From the NCBI GenBank assembly GCA_964016885.1, contig OZ024740.1:373612001-373676000 (forward strand): DNA of 64,000 bases, written 5' to 3'. A program made the position numbers and the translations under genes. The number at the start of each line of letters is the position of its first letter. The stretch's first letter is position 1. Positions 12,956-27,037 of this stretch are shown in pieces. The DNA comes from Eledone cirrhosa (lineage: Eukaryota). A model generated the notes under the pieces. The model was given only the letters and a program-made list of their open reading frames with translations, was not told the DNA's origin and did not search any database.

Positions 12956-15900
12956 ACTCTTAGTACAAATGCTACGTAAAGCACCCGGCTTGAGCCCCAA
13001 AAAATTCGGACCCAAAATATATTGTTATAAGGCTCAAATATTCAAATATTCAACTTTGTATTGTACACTGTATATCCAAAAAAGAAAATGGCTATAAATG
13101 GAAGAAGAACCCCCCCCCCTCCTCTCCTCTGTCTACACTATATAGAACAGCCAAACTCACCAACACCAGAAACTATATACACCACCCACCTCATCACCTG
13201 TGTACACTAAACACAACAGCCAGATAACGGCAATTTCACCACCACCGCTCACTACTGCCATCATTACCACCACTATCCCATCACCGCCGCCACCACTCTT
13301 CACTCCTTCACTGACCATCACTGCCTCGGTATCGACATCACCACCACCACTGTCTCAGTATCGCTACCACCGCCAGTCTCCCACATCTCCCAGATGGCTG
13401 CTGCCACCACATTATAGAATTCCTACTACTAAAAAAGAGGAAGGCATCAAAATATATAGATAGACTCAAAAGAAAAAAGAAAAAACAAACAACAAAACCA
13501 AAGCAGCACAGCAACAACAGCAAAAAACGAGAAAAACAAACAGAGAAAAACAAAAACAAAAAAAAACAAAAAACGTAAAGAAAATAAGAATTAAGAGAGA
13601 AGCAGGCGGACGGACAGAGAAGAGGGGGGAAAAACTAAAACTAAAAAAACAAAAACTAAGTCAGACATTCGAACACTACATTACAATGAAACTTATGCTT
13701 ATTCAATTTTGGGGCCCTTTCTGCCTGTGTGTTTGTTTGTTTATGTGTGTTCGTATACAGCGTGGTGATAATGCCACACAAGGGCCAAGTGGGACGGCGA
13801 ATCCACAGATGGCTATGTAACCATACATTCGCCAATCCTCGATAAGAGTGTTTAAATATCGAACATAAACAGTTCGAATAACGGTGAAATGGAGACTAGA
13901 ACGTCATGTGACAGACTCTCACCCAACAGGTGCCCCCTGGCTCAGCTGCAGGAACCTGACTGTCAACCAAATACTGCTGATGTTGGAGGAAGAAGAAGAA
14001 GGAAAGGGGCCAGAACCAACTGGACGAAAGAATTAAATAGAACTGTTATGCAATGTTACCTGAAAAGTAACCCCAAGGAGAGTGGCTACAGGAGACGGAT
14101 GCATAACATCTGGAAAGAGATTGGTCTATTTAAATTAGATGAACAAATATTGGCCGGGCAGGCCCGGGTAATAAGAACTAATGGGTGGATAAGAGAGCTG
14201 GAACTGGAGGAACTGAGCAGAGTGAATGGCTTGGAGATGGCGGGTGTAGTATGTCAGACAAGCGAGCCAGTGGGAAATGAAGGTGAAGAGGTCCTGAGAA
14301 CGGAGGAACCACCCGAAGCAGACAATGATCTGAATACTGAGATAAATAATACCTGGAACAGAGATACGGCCACTGAGGAGATGAATGCTGACGGGCTAGG
14401 ACAAGATTCGGTTGACATCCTAAATTTAGTGGTAGATGAATTGAACAATGATAGTGGGAGACCTATGAACCTAAGATTTGTAGACAGGAAAAAGTTAAAA
14501 GAAACAACAGCTAAGGTAAACAAAGTCATCCCATACCTTGAGGCGAGGAGCCTTAACCAGTGCAACAATATCCTCAAAGCAACAGCAAATACGGTGAGGA
14601 AACTACTTGGTATAAAAGCGAGAGGAAACAACAGACAAGAAAGAGCAGAGCCGTGGTAGAAGAAACGACTGAGTGGTCAAATCGGGGAAATGAGAAATGA
14701 CATAGGAAAGCTTGAGTCACTACTGAATGGGACACTAAAAAACATAGGCACTAAAAATAGACTGGAAATAAAGTACAAAACTAGGAGGAAAAAGCTAAAT
14801 ATTATCATAGAGGAACTGAAGCAACGCATTGTAGCAAAGAGTGCAAAAATCAGGCGATACGAGAACAGAGTCAGTCAGTATAAACAGAACCGCATGTTCG
14901 ACAACAACCACAAGATGCTGTTTGGACAGCTTGAGGGGAAAGAAAGAGGCAACGACTTGATCCCTGGGGCGGAGCAAACTAAAACATTCTGGAGAGGAAT
15001 ATGGGAGCAGGATGTTAGACATAATGTCCAGGCAGGGTGGATTGAGACAGTACAGAGGTAGATCGGTGAGCAGGCACACCAACAACCTGATTTGAGTATC
15101 ACAGTTGAAACTCTTAAGGGGCAGGCCAAAAAACTAACCAACTGGAAATCACCAGGCCCAGATGGTGTGCAGGGGTATTGGATTAAAAATTTAACATCCC
15201 TCCACCCGAAGCTGACGGCCATGTTCAATGACTGCTTGGTGTCGGGTGAGGTGCCAGAGTGGTTGACAAAAGGTACCACAGTTCTGATAATGAAAGACCG
15301 AATCAAGGGTAATGATGTTACCAGCTATAGACCTATCACATGTCTGTCCGTAATGTGGAAACTGTTGACGAGCATTGTGTCTGAGGAAATCTACCATCAC
15401 CTCCACACAAACAACTTGTTACCGGACGAACAGAAAGGATGCCGAAAGAAGTCACGGGGTACAAAGGACCATTTACTTATTGATAAGATGGTAATGGGGA
15501 ATTGCAGGAGGAGACACACTGATCTTGCCATGGGATGGATAGACTACAGAAAGGCATTTGACATGGTGCCTCATTCTTGGATCACCAAAAGCCTGGAGAT
15601 CTTCAGGGTGGCAGATAACATCAGACAGTTGCTGGGCAGGAGTATGGGGTCCTGGGAGACAGAGTTGACATCAACTGGAGTATCCTTGGGAAGCGTGAAG
15701 ATCAAGAGAGGTATCTTCCAGGGAGATAGCCTCTCCCCTCTGTTGTTTGTCCTTGCCCTGATGCCCTTGACCATTATGCTGCGAAAAGTGAGAGCAGGAT
15801 ACAAGTTGGGAAAGGGAGAGTTTACCATCAATCACCTCCTCTTCATGGACGATCTTAAGCTCTTCGGGAAAAGTGAGAAGGAGTTGGATGTGCTTGTTGA

Positions 15901-17352
15901 CACTGTCCGTATTTTCAGCAGTGATATATGTATGCAGTTTGGTATTAGTAAATGTGGAGTCATGGTGATGAGGAGGGGTAGGTTGAGCAGAAGTAACGGG
16001 ATCCAGATACCAACAGGTGAGATGATAAAGGAAATTGACTCTGAGGAAGGATACAAGTATTTGGGCGTTCTGGAGGCTGATGGCATAAAGAACAAAAAAA
16101 TGACGGAATTGTTAAGAACTGAATACATTCGGAGAGTGAGGAGCGTATTCACATCTGAACAGCAGAAATGCCATAAGCGCAGTAAATTCCCGAGCTGTGT
16201 CTATTATTAGGTACAGTGCGGGAATTCTGAGATGGAATGTTGCTGAACAAAAATAAATGGATAGGAAGACTAGGAAGCTATTGACTATGTACAACATGTT
16301 CCACAAGAGGAGTGATGTCGATAGACTCTACCCAAGGAGACCTGAGGGTGGAAGAGGTCTTATCAGCATAGAGGACTGTGTTCAGATGGAGAAAAACAAC
16401 CTACACAAATACGTGACCTATAGTAAGGAGCCAATGCTCAGAACTGTACTGAATGAAGGGACAGTAGGCCAGGGGATGTCCAAGGAGGAAATAACATCAA
16501 GGAGGAAGAGCAGCCTTAAGGGAAAATCCCTTCATAGTACCTTCTTTGAGAAAACTGAATTTAGAGATCCACAGACATGGAACTGGTTGAAAAGAGGAGT
16601 CCTCAAAAAGGCTACAGAAGGAATGCTAATGGCTGCGCAGGAGCAGGCCCTCAAAACGAAGTGGTTGAAGCACCATATTTACAAGCAGTAGGCTATCCCA
16701 CTGTGCAGGATCTGTGGAGAGAGAGAGAGGAGACTGTGGCTCACATTGTGTCCGAGTGTAAACACCTAGCCCAGACCCACTATAAGGGCTGGAGACACGA
16801 TGTGATGGGCAGGGTGATCCACTGGCACCTGTGCAAAGTAAACAATTTACCACATTCTGAGAAATGGTATGAGCATAGGCCAGAGGCGGTGATGGAGAAC
16901 AATCAGGTGAAGGTGCTGTGGGATTTTAGGATACAGACGGACAAAAAACTGGAACACAATAGACCTGACCTGGTGGTTGTAGACAAAGAAAAAAGATCGT
17001 GTCTGATTGTGGATGTGGCCTGCCCTTTCGACACGAGAGTGCAAGAGAAGGAGAGGGAGAAAATTAACCGATACCAGGACCTAAAGTGGGAGGTGAAAAG
17101 GATTTGGAACTGCCATGAAGTCAAAGTGATCCCGATTGTCATAGGCGCACTGGGGACTATCTCCAAAAGTTTCCAGGGATGGTTAAAGAAAATCGGCCCC
17201 TTCACGCTTTTTGGAACGCTTCAAAAGGCATGCATGCTGGGAAGAGCAAGAACCCTCCGATACGTCCTGAATATCTGAGGCTGCAGGTAGTGGCTTGATA
17301 TTCTTTCCAACGGACTTTCCAGTTAACCAACATCAATGACTCAAATTCAAGG
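12956..17352 (+). mobile_element. Near-full-length R4/Dong non-LTR retrotransposon, subfamily A
   Basis: Single RT-CCHC-RLE ORF, short 3' UTR ending in (AAT)n. The 5' boundary is uncertain (between 12861 and 13760). Confidence 0.9.
13889..17278 (+). pseudogene. Dong ORF: reverse transcriptase + CCHC finger + restriction-like endonuclease, disabled
   Basis: Motifs KSPGPDG, YRPITCL, DYRKAFD, QGDSLSPLLF, LFMDDLKL, CRICGE..H..C, RHD, RPD..D. In-frame stops at 14657, 15059, 16254 and 16689. Frameshifts near 16155 and 16720. Confidence 0.92.
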
Positions 17353-17361
17353 AATAACAAC

Positions 17362-17409
<48 letters not shown>

Positions 17410-17412
<3 letters not shown>

Positions 17413-18844
17413 GGAAAGGATAAGGAAGGAATGTTACCGCAGAGTAAGAGCAATCTTATGAACGGAACTGAATGCAAGGAATAGGATCGATGCCATAAAC
17501 GCGCTTGCCATACCAGTAGTAACCTACAGTTACAATGTCATCAACTGGTCAAGCACAGAGATCCGTAGGCTCGATACAAAAATTCGAAAATTATTAACCA
17601 TGCACAGAATGCATCACCCTAAGGCAGATATAGATAGAATATATCTCCCTAGGAAAGAAGGAGGACGTGGGTTAGTCCAGTTAGACATTGCATTGAAAAC
17701 TGCAACAATTGGATTATCTACATATCTAAGGGAATCACATGATTGGATGATCGAACTCGTTTTGAAACACGAAAGCATCAAAAGATCATATTCCATTACA
17801 AAAGATGCACAAAGATGCAGTAATGGACTACAAATTTCAGAAGTCCCATTTACTGCTGAAATGGAAAACACAGAAAAAAGCAAAGCAGGTAAAAGTAACC
17901 GCAAAGAAAGAACTGCTACAGAAACTGGCTAAGAAATGGCAAGAAAAGCCTCTGTATGGAAAATACCCAGAGCGAGCTAACAATCATGATGTTGACAAAA
18001 CTTTAACCCATCAGTGGTTAGCATCCTCTGGACTGAAATCGGAGACTGAGGGACTGATTATATCGGCACAAGATCAGTGTCTGCCAACAAAAAATTACCA
18101 AGCCAACATAATAAAAAATGGGTGCAGCCCATTATGCCGTGTATGCAAAAAACAACCTGAGACCATTGACCATATAATTTCAATGTACAGTCCTATAGCT
18201 CCAACCGAATACCTAAACAGGCATGACAGAGCTGCACAATACATACATTAGATAATGTGTAAGCATTTTGACCTGCCCCATCAAAAGTATTGGTGGGAGC
18301 ATCAACCACCTCCCATACTTGAAGAAGATCACATCTCAATCTTGTGGAACTTTAGCATCCAAACAGACCGAAAAATAGATGCAAATAGACCTGATATAAT
18401 ATTGAAGGACTTTCAAAAGAGGGTATGCCTGCTAATTGATATGTCTGTTCCAATAGACAAGAATGTATCTATAAAAACATTTGAAAAATTGAGCAAGTAT
18501 AAGGACCTGGAGATAGAAATTGGAAAAATGTGGAAATTGAGAACTAAAACAATACCAGTGGTTGTAGGCGCTCTGGGAATGATACCTAAGGGGTCTAATG
18601 ATTACTTATCGCAAATCCCAGGAAACCCGCGTATAGGAGAAATACAAAAGATAGTACTAATGGGAACTGCCCATATACTAAGGAAGATTCTGTCAATATA
18701 AGTACGTCACAAGTCTAAACACTAAAGATGCATGTGTGAATATGTATGTTCTTTCTTGAAAATGGCGGACCTTGTTGTCTCTTGAGGTCACTGGTTGTGA
18801 CTTGGTGATAACTCGTATGAACATAAAGCAAGATAAATGCAACT

Positions 18845-18846
<2 letters not shown>
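17410..18846 (+). mobile_element. R4/Dong subfamily B, 5'-truncated (RT thumb, CCHC, RLE, 3' UTR)
   Basis: HPKADIDRIYLPRKEGGRGL, CRVCKKQPETIDH, RHD, RPDIILKD. Inserted in the (AAT)n tail of Dong-A and ends in (AAT)n. Confidence 0.92.
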
Positions 18847-18902
<56 letters not shown>

Positions 18903-20882
18903 GAAGAAGAAGAAGAAGAAGACTTTTAAAATGGCGAATTCTCATTTATGCCATGCTATGAAAAGCAGTAAAGCAGTCCACCCCGAAGATGAATAGCTGT
19001 CAGTCATCGAAAGTACTATCTCTGCCCATATAACTTTACAGTGGAACATGTATAATAACTATTAATATCAACTTAAAACATAATACACATTGATGGTATC
19101 AGATTCTAATACTCACCTTTTTTTGAAAGGCTCCATTGTCAAGTTTTGATTTAGAACATGGAAGGGACTGGTGCGCTTCAGGATTGGGTGACATTCATAC
19201 ACAAACAATTAGAATACACAGCAAACCTCCCAATTTTACATAAGTTAGCTTGGCGAAAGTAAATGGAATTGTAAAGTTATGCATACAGGTATTAATTTCG
19301 AAAATTCTAACCATCCTAAAACTAAAAAGCCCAGCTGAGGGCACAAATAAATTGCTACGGCTGGCACTGGTGGCGCTTCCTTCACTGCAATTGCCCCCTT
19401 TGCTCTCCTTTTAATCTATCCCTTTTCATAGGGTCAATTATCATCCGTATATTCCACTCACTGATGAGGATACTTTGAAAATGATTTACTTGGTTTGGGA
19501 CATTATTTTACCAATGCTAGATGTTCTAGTTGAGGAGGCTTAATGTGGTATCTCTTCTTGACGAAATATGCTTCACTTCACCAGATTTGTGTCTCCATAG
19601 AAGTGTCACTCATACACTGTTCTGGTGTGGTATTGGTCCCTTCAGAGATAAATATCCTATAGTCAAATATTCTATAGTAGAACTTAGGAAAATATACCTG
19701 ATACAATATCAACAGGACCATTTGCACCACACCACCTCACTTTGGACACCACACATCTTTTAATATAAATTATTTATTCAACTGCATCAGGCCGGATTCT
19801 GCTGCACCAAGCAGAATCATTTGTTTATTATTTTATCTAAGGTTCATTTTCATTTTATTATAATATTCACTCGAAAACAGAAAGCGTTTAAGATAGGATG
19901 CTATTTATAATTAATCGCTGATTGCTTTTTGAATTCTCTGGAGGCCATATTTGCATGGGTGGCTGTATATTCGATCGATGTACTACAATTCCTAGGAGAT
20001 ATTTGTTTTAACACCCAAGCATAGAATAGCGAGTAATTAGACCGACATGCATTCAGCAAATGAAACGTTGAATGACGTTCTGACTCTCTGATTTTAAACT
20101 AATTGATAAGATGTATTTATTCTGCAATTCGAATGTTTATACAGATCCAGTAAATGATATTTATAAATATCCTAATATTATAAATATAACTTTTCCTCTA
20201 TATAAATGCACATGTATTAGTGTGTTAAAATTTGTAGAGAAAACATGGAATTAATTTCCTTTGTATACATCTTTATGATTACATATCCTCATATCTGCCT
20301 AGTCGGTATATATATTGCTTTCTCTAAGTTCGATGACTGCTTAAGCGATAACTTCGTTAAACCGATGTAGTCAACATATTTTACCGATGAGATAAAAACG
20401 TGAACATTCTCTTCGTGATTCGACGAATTATGGAAAATCAATAGATAATCCTTAATCAATGATTAGTTTCCATAAATTCTCTGAAGTCCTTATCACGAAG
20501 ATATTTCAAGTAACGGGACTGAGAGACTTCAATAGGAAAAAACAGACGCAATAAACAGTGAAAGATAAACTCTTTGTTTCCACTGATTTCAACAGGAAAT
20601 GACCGTATATGATTTGCAAGACCATGACATAAAATCATATCATTAGTTGCATGGTTTCTGAAAGGGCTCCATTAATATATTCGTTACAAATGGAAAATAA
20701 GATACAGTGTAATACTTGTTCCTCAGATTTAATTTCGTAAAATGAAATATACACACATACACAATTACACGCGCATGTGCCCACACGCAGACACAATGAC
20801 ACAATTGTTGACATCAGAGTCACACACACACACACGCACATACACCCAGACACACACACACACACACACGCACACACGCACT

Positions 20883-20974
<92 letters not shown>

Positions 20975-20981
<7 letters not shown>

Positions 20982-21440
20982 GTGAGGTTTTTTTTACAAA
21001 ATGAAAAATAACCGAGATGTCCTACACGAGTGAAAGTATAAAGAAACAAAGATAAAATCGAAAATGCAACTGGAGTCTTATTTTTTTTTTAAATATATAT
21101 ATTTATTTGGTTCCTTTACCGGTTTCGCAGTTCTTCTGCTTTTCAAAAGGTGAGTTGAGATGGAGGGTCTGTGGTTTTTCTCACATCTGGTTGGTCTCTG
21201 AATGTTAATTGTTTTATATAGAAAAAGTGGCTCGAAATGCCAGGTTTTTCGAGAAGTAATTTGAATGGTTTGTCAATAATTATAATAAATTTCGCGCCAG
21301 TTCGCGTTACAATAGTACTTCAAAAAAGAGGGGGTGTTGTCACAGGTTGTTTTTTTCATATATGAGTGTTTGAATTTCTTTTTACTTGAAAAAAGGGGCT
21401 CACGAAGGCTTTTTTTTGGTTGGTTATAAATGAAATTATA
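20975..21440 (-). mobile_element. Family C PLE pLTR fragment
   Basis: Reverse complement of 10540-11090 with deletions. (TA)n flanks. Confidence 0.75.
21113..21150 (-). ncRNA. Minimal type I hammerhead ribozyme, U3-A8 variant, apparently intact
   Basis: Minus: cctt-TTGAAAA-gcag aagaa ctgc-GAA-ACCGGT-A-aagg. All helices pair perfectly. Confidence 0.8.
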
Positions 21441-21449
21441 TATATATAT

Positions 21450-22575
21450 ATGTGAAAGAGGTAAATAAGAAAGTTATGAAAATTGACTTACTTACTAAAA
21501 TTTCACTCCAACTAATTAGTTTCTGTAAGAGAATAAATATGGTTACAGAGCGTATCCACAGAGAAACCTTACGTCATCGGGAGTCTATTCTCAGCTAAGC
21601 TTCCAGGCAATGCGAGGACACTGGGAACTTATATAAAAATAATTGAGTGGGTGGAAAAAAAAAAAAAAAAGCGGGGACTAAATTCCAAGCCATTGACAAA
21701 TTCACTGCCTACTTGGTCAGTGGCAAATTCAAAAGAATCAATCACGTGACACTGAGGTTAACCAGTGAGGAGTGGGGTGCGATCAAGACAAGGGCCTAGC
21801 CACTACCATGAACCATAGCAGTAATTTCGGAAAGTTTTGCTCAACAAATAATTTGGAGATAATTATATCTAGCAACATATGTATACAGATGCATATCTAT
21901 GCTAGCAAATATATATGTTTTGTCTTAGTAACTTTGTAATTGTTCGGCATCCCCTTGCATAGAACCGCAAAGTTACTAAGACAAAACATATATATTTGCT
22001 AGCATAGATATGCATCTGTATACATATGTTGGTAGATATACTAATTCTTTATAATTATCTCCAAATTATTTGTTGAGCAAAACATGTCGAAATTACTGCT
22101 ATGTTTCATGGTAGTGGCTAGGCCCTTGTCTTGATAGCACCCCACTCCTCACTGGTTAACCTCAGTGTCACGTGATTGATTCCTTTGAATTTGCCACTGA
22201 CCAAGTAGGCAGTGAATTTTTCAATGGCTTGGAATTTAGTCCCCGCTTGCTTTTTTCCATCCACTGAATTATGTTTATATTAGTTCCCAGTCCGCTCGCA
22301 TTAACTGGAAGCTTAGCTGAGAATAGACTCCCTGATGTAAGGTTTCTCTGTGGATGCGCTCTTTAACCATATTTATTCCCTTACAGAAACTAATTAGTTG
22401 GAGTGAAATTTTAGTAAGTAAGTCAATTTTCATAACATTCTTATTTACGTATTTCATATAATTGTTCTGCATCCCCTTGCATAGAACCGCAAAGTTACTA
22501 AGACAAAACATATATATTTGCTAGCATAGATATGCATCTGTATACATATGTTGGTAGATATACTAATTCTTTATA
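21450..22575. mobile_element. Family E PLE-like insertion: inverted arm + unit + partial tandem
   Basis: 21450-21936 is inverted relative to 21970-22458. 21937-22052 is repeated directly at 22459-22575. A third fragment lies at 50520-50648. Confidence 0.75.
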
Positions 22576-22776
22576 TATATAAGGTATCAAGAAAAAACTA
22601 GTTCAAAACTAGTTAGACAAATACTCTATAGCGTACTTGATACTTGACTTAGTGGAATATGGCTATATGATAAAGAGACGTTATAACAACTGGCTCCAGT
22701 CTGGAACTAGGTGTTTAAATGTCGAGAGGTCAGCCCCCGAGCACAGACAGTTTATTATATATATATATATATATAT

Positions 22777-23210
22777 AACGGAGGAGTTGTGGTAAGGAAC
22801 GAGATGGACCATAACGCACCAGAGTACTCAATACTTAGAGTAGTAGAGTGGGTAAACGAAATAGCCGTCTAAACGGCTTGATCTCTGCCGTCGGGGTCAT
22901 ACTTTCTCCTATATATATATATATATAGGAAAAGAGTCAGGACCCAGACGGCTGAGCTCCGGCCGTTTCGAAAGCTCGATCCGAACTAACCCACTAGTCT
23001 GCTGGGTTAGTTCGCATCTAGCTGTCGAAACGACCGGAGCTGAGCCACCGGGGTCCTGGCTCTTTTACTATTATTACCCATTCTACTACCCTAAATATTG
23101 AGTAATGTAGTGCGTTATGTTCCACCAGGTTCGACAGGTAGATCCGAACGTTATGGTCTTTATATTCTGTTATGGTCCACCTATCTTACCACACCTTCTT
23201 TGTTATATAA
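22777..23210. mobile_element. Two adjacent family A two-headed insertions
   Basis: 22777-22910 is an inverted tip plus a sense HHR 3' half. 22927-23210 contains a hairpin (22927-23070) then the tip. A (TA)n tract separates them. Confidence 0.7.
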
Positions 23211-23355
23211 TTCCTGTTTGAATTTGTTTAGCGAGATTGTTTTTCAGAAAACATGTGCTGAAACATACATTGTTATAATTAACTGAAGTTAAAACAAGGG
23301 GTGCGTGTGTTTGAGTACATGACCCTCCCAAAGTATAACAATATATACATATATA

Positions 23356-23800
23356 TCGCACCAACCTGAGGTATCTGATTTTTAATGCGATGAAATACCA
23401 ATGATGGTTGGAAAATCATTGACGAAGGACTATTTTTATCATATGTAACCCATGTGCAAACCACACAGTATTCTTCTTGCTTACATCTCACTCAGGTCGG
23501 ACGTCTATACTTTTCGCTCATGAAATCCACCCAGCTTATGCTGACCAGGACTACCACATTGCTTGTTTATTTACTTTCTTTGGTTTGTTTTTATCCTTCT
23601 ATGTTGTTCACTTGTCCACCTCGCTTTACGCGGTTACTGGTCCCAATAACTTTTTTTAGATTATTGCTCGCACCAACCTGAGTTATCTGATTTTTAATGC
23701 GATGAAATACCAATGATGGTTGGAAAATCACTGACGAAGGACTATTTTTATCATATGTAACCCATGTGCAAACCAAGTAGTATTCTTCTTTCTTCTCATG
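23356..23800 (+). repeat. 312-bp partial tandem repeat with a degenerate HHR-like core
   Basis: 23356-23485 is repeated from 23668. CTGACGA at 23731 (TTGACGA at 23419). TA flanks. Confidence 0.65.
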
Positions 23801-23803
23801 TTT

Positions 23804-23892
<89 letters not shown>

Positions 23893-24553
23893 GTGTGTGT
23901 GTGTATGTCTGTGTGTATATATCAATCAATAAATATACAGGAGAAAGAGAGAAGGATGGTGAGACAGAGAATGAATGAGAATGTATGCGTATCGTAGTAT
24001 TTTTGATTCTATGAAGGTACGATTTTGAAAGCAATATTTTGGAATCCAACTTTTCATGTAACATGAAAAAAATCGATATAACTGCATTTCACTTCTTATA
24101 TACAGAAGAATTTCTTTTTTGATATGCTTTGTTTACAAAGAGATAGAGATGGCAGTCTGTTTAAAATATATTATCCTTTCCGAATGTCATGAAAATATGA
24201 AAACATTATATGCCTATTAACTGCTTAATATCAGAAAGCGTAAAATCCATCTGTGGCTAGGCATGAAGAACTTTGGCAATGCACCAGTAGGAATATTCTT
24301 ATATCCTGCCAAGAAAACGGACAGTATTTCGACAGTTTGATTTCAATATTTATATATTTAAGCCTGGTGAGTTGGCATAAATGAGAGAATATCAAACTAA
24401 ATCCAATACATTATTCAGATACATTCCACTATATTTTGTAGTTAACTCGTGATTTATAATTTCTTTCATCCGAATTCGTTTAAATAAGTTAGCCATAACG
24501 TAGGAAGGTTAGGGTCATACTGATATAATTTAGCATCATAAAAGCCATAATCG

Positions 24554-24608
<55 letters not shown>

Positions 24609-25374
24609 AGGAAAAATGATGTATATAAAATATATCATTATTTTATCTTGCCAATCGTAATCAATGTGATTCGAAAGCTAAAACCTTAAGGTTATGCAGA
24701 CTTTGAACGCAATATTGGGAGTATTTTTGACAAGAGAGTATCAATACATAACAGCCTAGGAATTATTAAGAATGTTTATCTTCAAAATATAAACATTTCT
24801 TAACGTTTCTATGATCTAAAATGTAAAAGACCTTCACAAAATTGATATACACACACGCACAATCATCACGAAAAATGTGAATAAAATTAAGGATAGAAAA
24901 ACATCCCACCCCTTAAAATCGTGCTTTTGTTTCCATTAAAATATATTCATGTTAAATAATGCATGAATGGGATCATAATATTATTTAATACATACATTGT
25001 AAAATTTGTTTAATTTGCAAACTATTAGGAAGAAATATTATTCGACATTTCGTATGATACTATGTTGGAGAGAAAGAAGGTTCTCATGTTCGACGGCCAT
25101 GTTACAGAATATAAACCTATCCACAAATACATACCTATAAAACTAGTCTTTTACCAAGGGCAAGAATCGTATGTATGATCATACATTTAAAAAATGGAAT
25201 ATGTTTGTGACCGTATTTTCGGCAATATTTTGAAAAATTCGTTGACATTCCATGGTTTTGACTCAATGCAATCTTGCAAAATTTGTTCAATATTTCCTGA
25301 AGCGTCAAATTGATTTCATATATAGCTTATCTTAAGCTCTAGTTTCTAGTATTCAAATCAATTGTGTATATATA

Positions 25375-25489
<115 letters not shown>

Positions 25490-25523
25490 GGATTTAAATG
25501 GATACAGTTCAGTTAAAAGGAAT

Positions 25524-25644
25524 TTATTGACACGTGTTTCAATAACAGTTACATAACCTGAAAACAGCTGCTATCTACAAAGTATTAATTATGCAGACAC
25601 TCAATATTTCAATGTTATTATCAACTATCATTTCATCAGAATAA
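25524..25644 (-). ncRNA. Type I hammerhead ribozyme with ~90-nt helix II, intact core
   Basis: Minus: ttatt-CTGATGA-aatgatag...ctgttatt-GAA-ACACGTGT-C-aataa. GUC site. Confidence 0.8.
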
Positions 25645-25695
25645 TTGTATTGAGAATAATAGTCTCTATAAAAACCAAACATGTTCTCAATAAAA

Positions 25696-25816
25696 TTATT
25701 CTGATGAAATGATAGCTGATAATAACATGGAAATATTGAGTGTCTGCATAATTAATACTTTGTAGATAGCAGCTGTTTTCAGGTTATGTAACTGTTATTG
25801 AATCACGTGTCAATAA
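25696..25816 (+). ncRNA. Hammerhead ribozyme, sister copy with GAAT (A15.1 mutated)
   Basis: ttatt-CTGATGA-aatgatag...ctgttatt-GAAT-cacgtg-TC-aataa. Confidence 0.6.
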
Positions 25817-25962
25817 ATTCCTTTTTACTGAACTGTATCCATTTAAATCCTTCTATTTTCTCCGGATTACTTTTGAAACTACAACTGGAACCGTCGAGCA
25901 AACACTACGTGAACTGTCCATCTACTGTGTGTAATATTCATATTACAACACTACGGAAAATA

Positions 25963-26011
<49 letters not shown>

Positions 26012-26855
26012 GTGGGAGAGAGAGAGAGAAGAAAGAGAGACGCGGGATAGGGAGAGAGGGATATTGAGAGACAAGTTACGTTTGGTATAAGGGAAATTTG
26101 ACCTGTATGCTGAAATAGCAAAATAGCTATTAATTCAGATCTGATAATAATAGAAAGACATTCCCCTGAACCAAAACAAAAAAATAATCACTGATTGTAT
26201 ATTAAAAGATAGCGAAAAAGAAAGATAAAACTGACAAAAACTATAATTAGCGAAACTCAAGGACAGATATAGGGGAAATGGCGGACTCTACAAAGGCAGT
26301 TTCAGTGCCAGGGACAAAATGATGGGTTATTGCAGCTGTAATGAGCAACTGACACCCGCTGTATTAGCCTATCTGCCATATTGTCACACATAATGGCAAA
26401 ATATCAAGTACACAACAATATAGATATATTTAAAAACTAATCCACATGTATACACACTACAAATATGACGTACATAATCGAAAATTATACATGAAGAGGA
26501 AACAATAAATAGATAACAATAGAAGTTGTTTTAGCTAAATCATTTAAATTTCTATCGAATCGATAAAGTTTAATCCTTAGCTAAAAACATAAAATTCGTA
26601 TTTTTTGGTTCATTCATAAACAGTTCATAAATAAAGAAAATTGCTAATGGATTGTATAGAAATATTAATTCATAATTTATGAAGTATATATAGAAGTTCG
26701 ACTCATTTTTTCTTTAATGTATTATTAAGAATACGTTCAAGAGTAATTTATAATTTTATGATTATTGACTCTCATGTTTCGATTTTATGTATGATCGACT
26801 TAATCATAATAACTATTTTAAAATTCTCTATTATATAAATATATGTGTGTATTTG

Positions 26856-27037
<182 letters not shown>

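Noticed and set aside
13200-13559. Pro/Thr-rich and Phe/Leu-rich ORFs upstream of Dong as a possible ORF1
   Set aside because: Low-complexity CCA and A-rich sequence, and R4/Dong elements have a single ORF.
14254-17477. Minus-strand ORFs over the Dong element
   Set aside because: Antisense shadows of the RT reading frame.
19113-19200. Possible minus-strand host exon ending at a gtgagt donor (similar case at 32285-32320)
   Set aside because: No convincing acceptor, no recognisable protein and no partner exons.
19455-19492. CTGATGA-ggatacttt-GAAA
   Set aside because: Helix II is mostly GU pairs, there is no helix I, and it is not TA-flanked, so it is probably chance.
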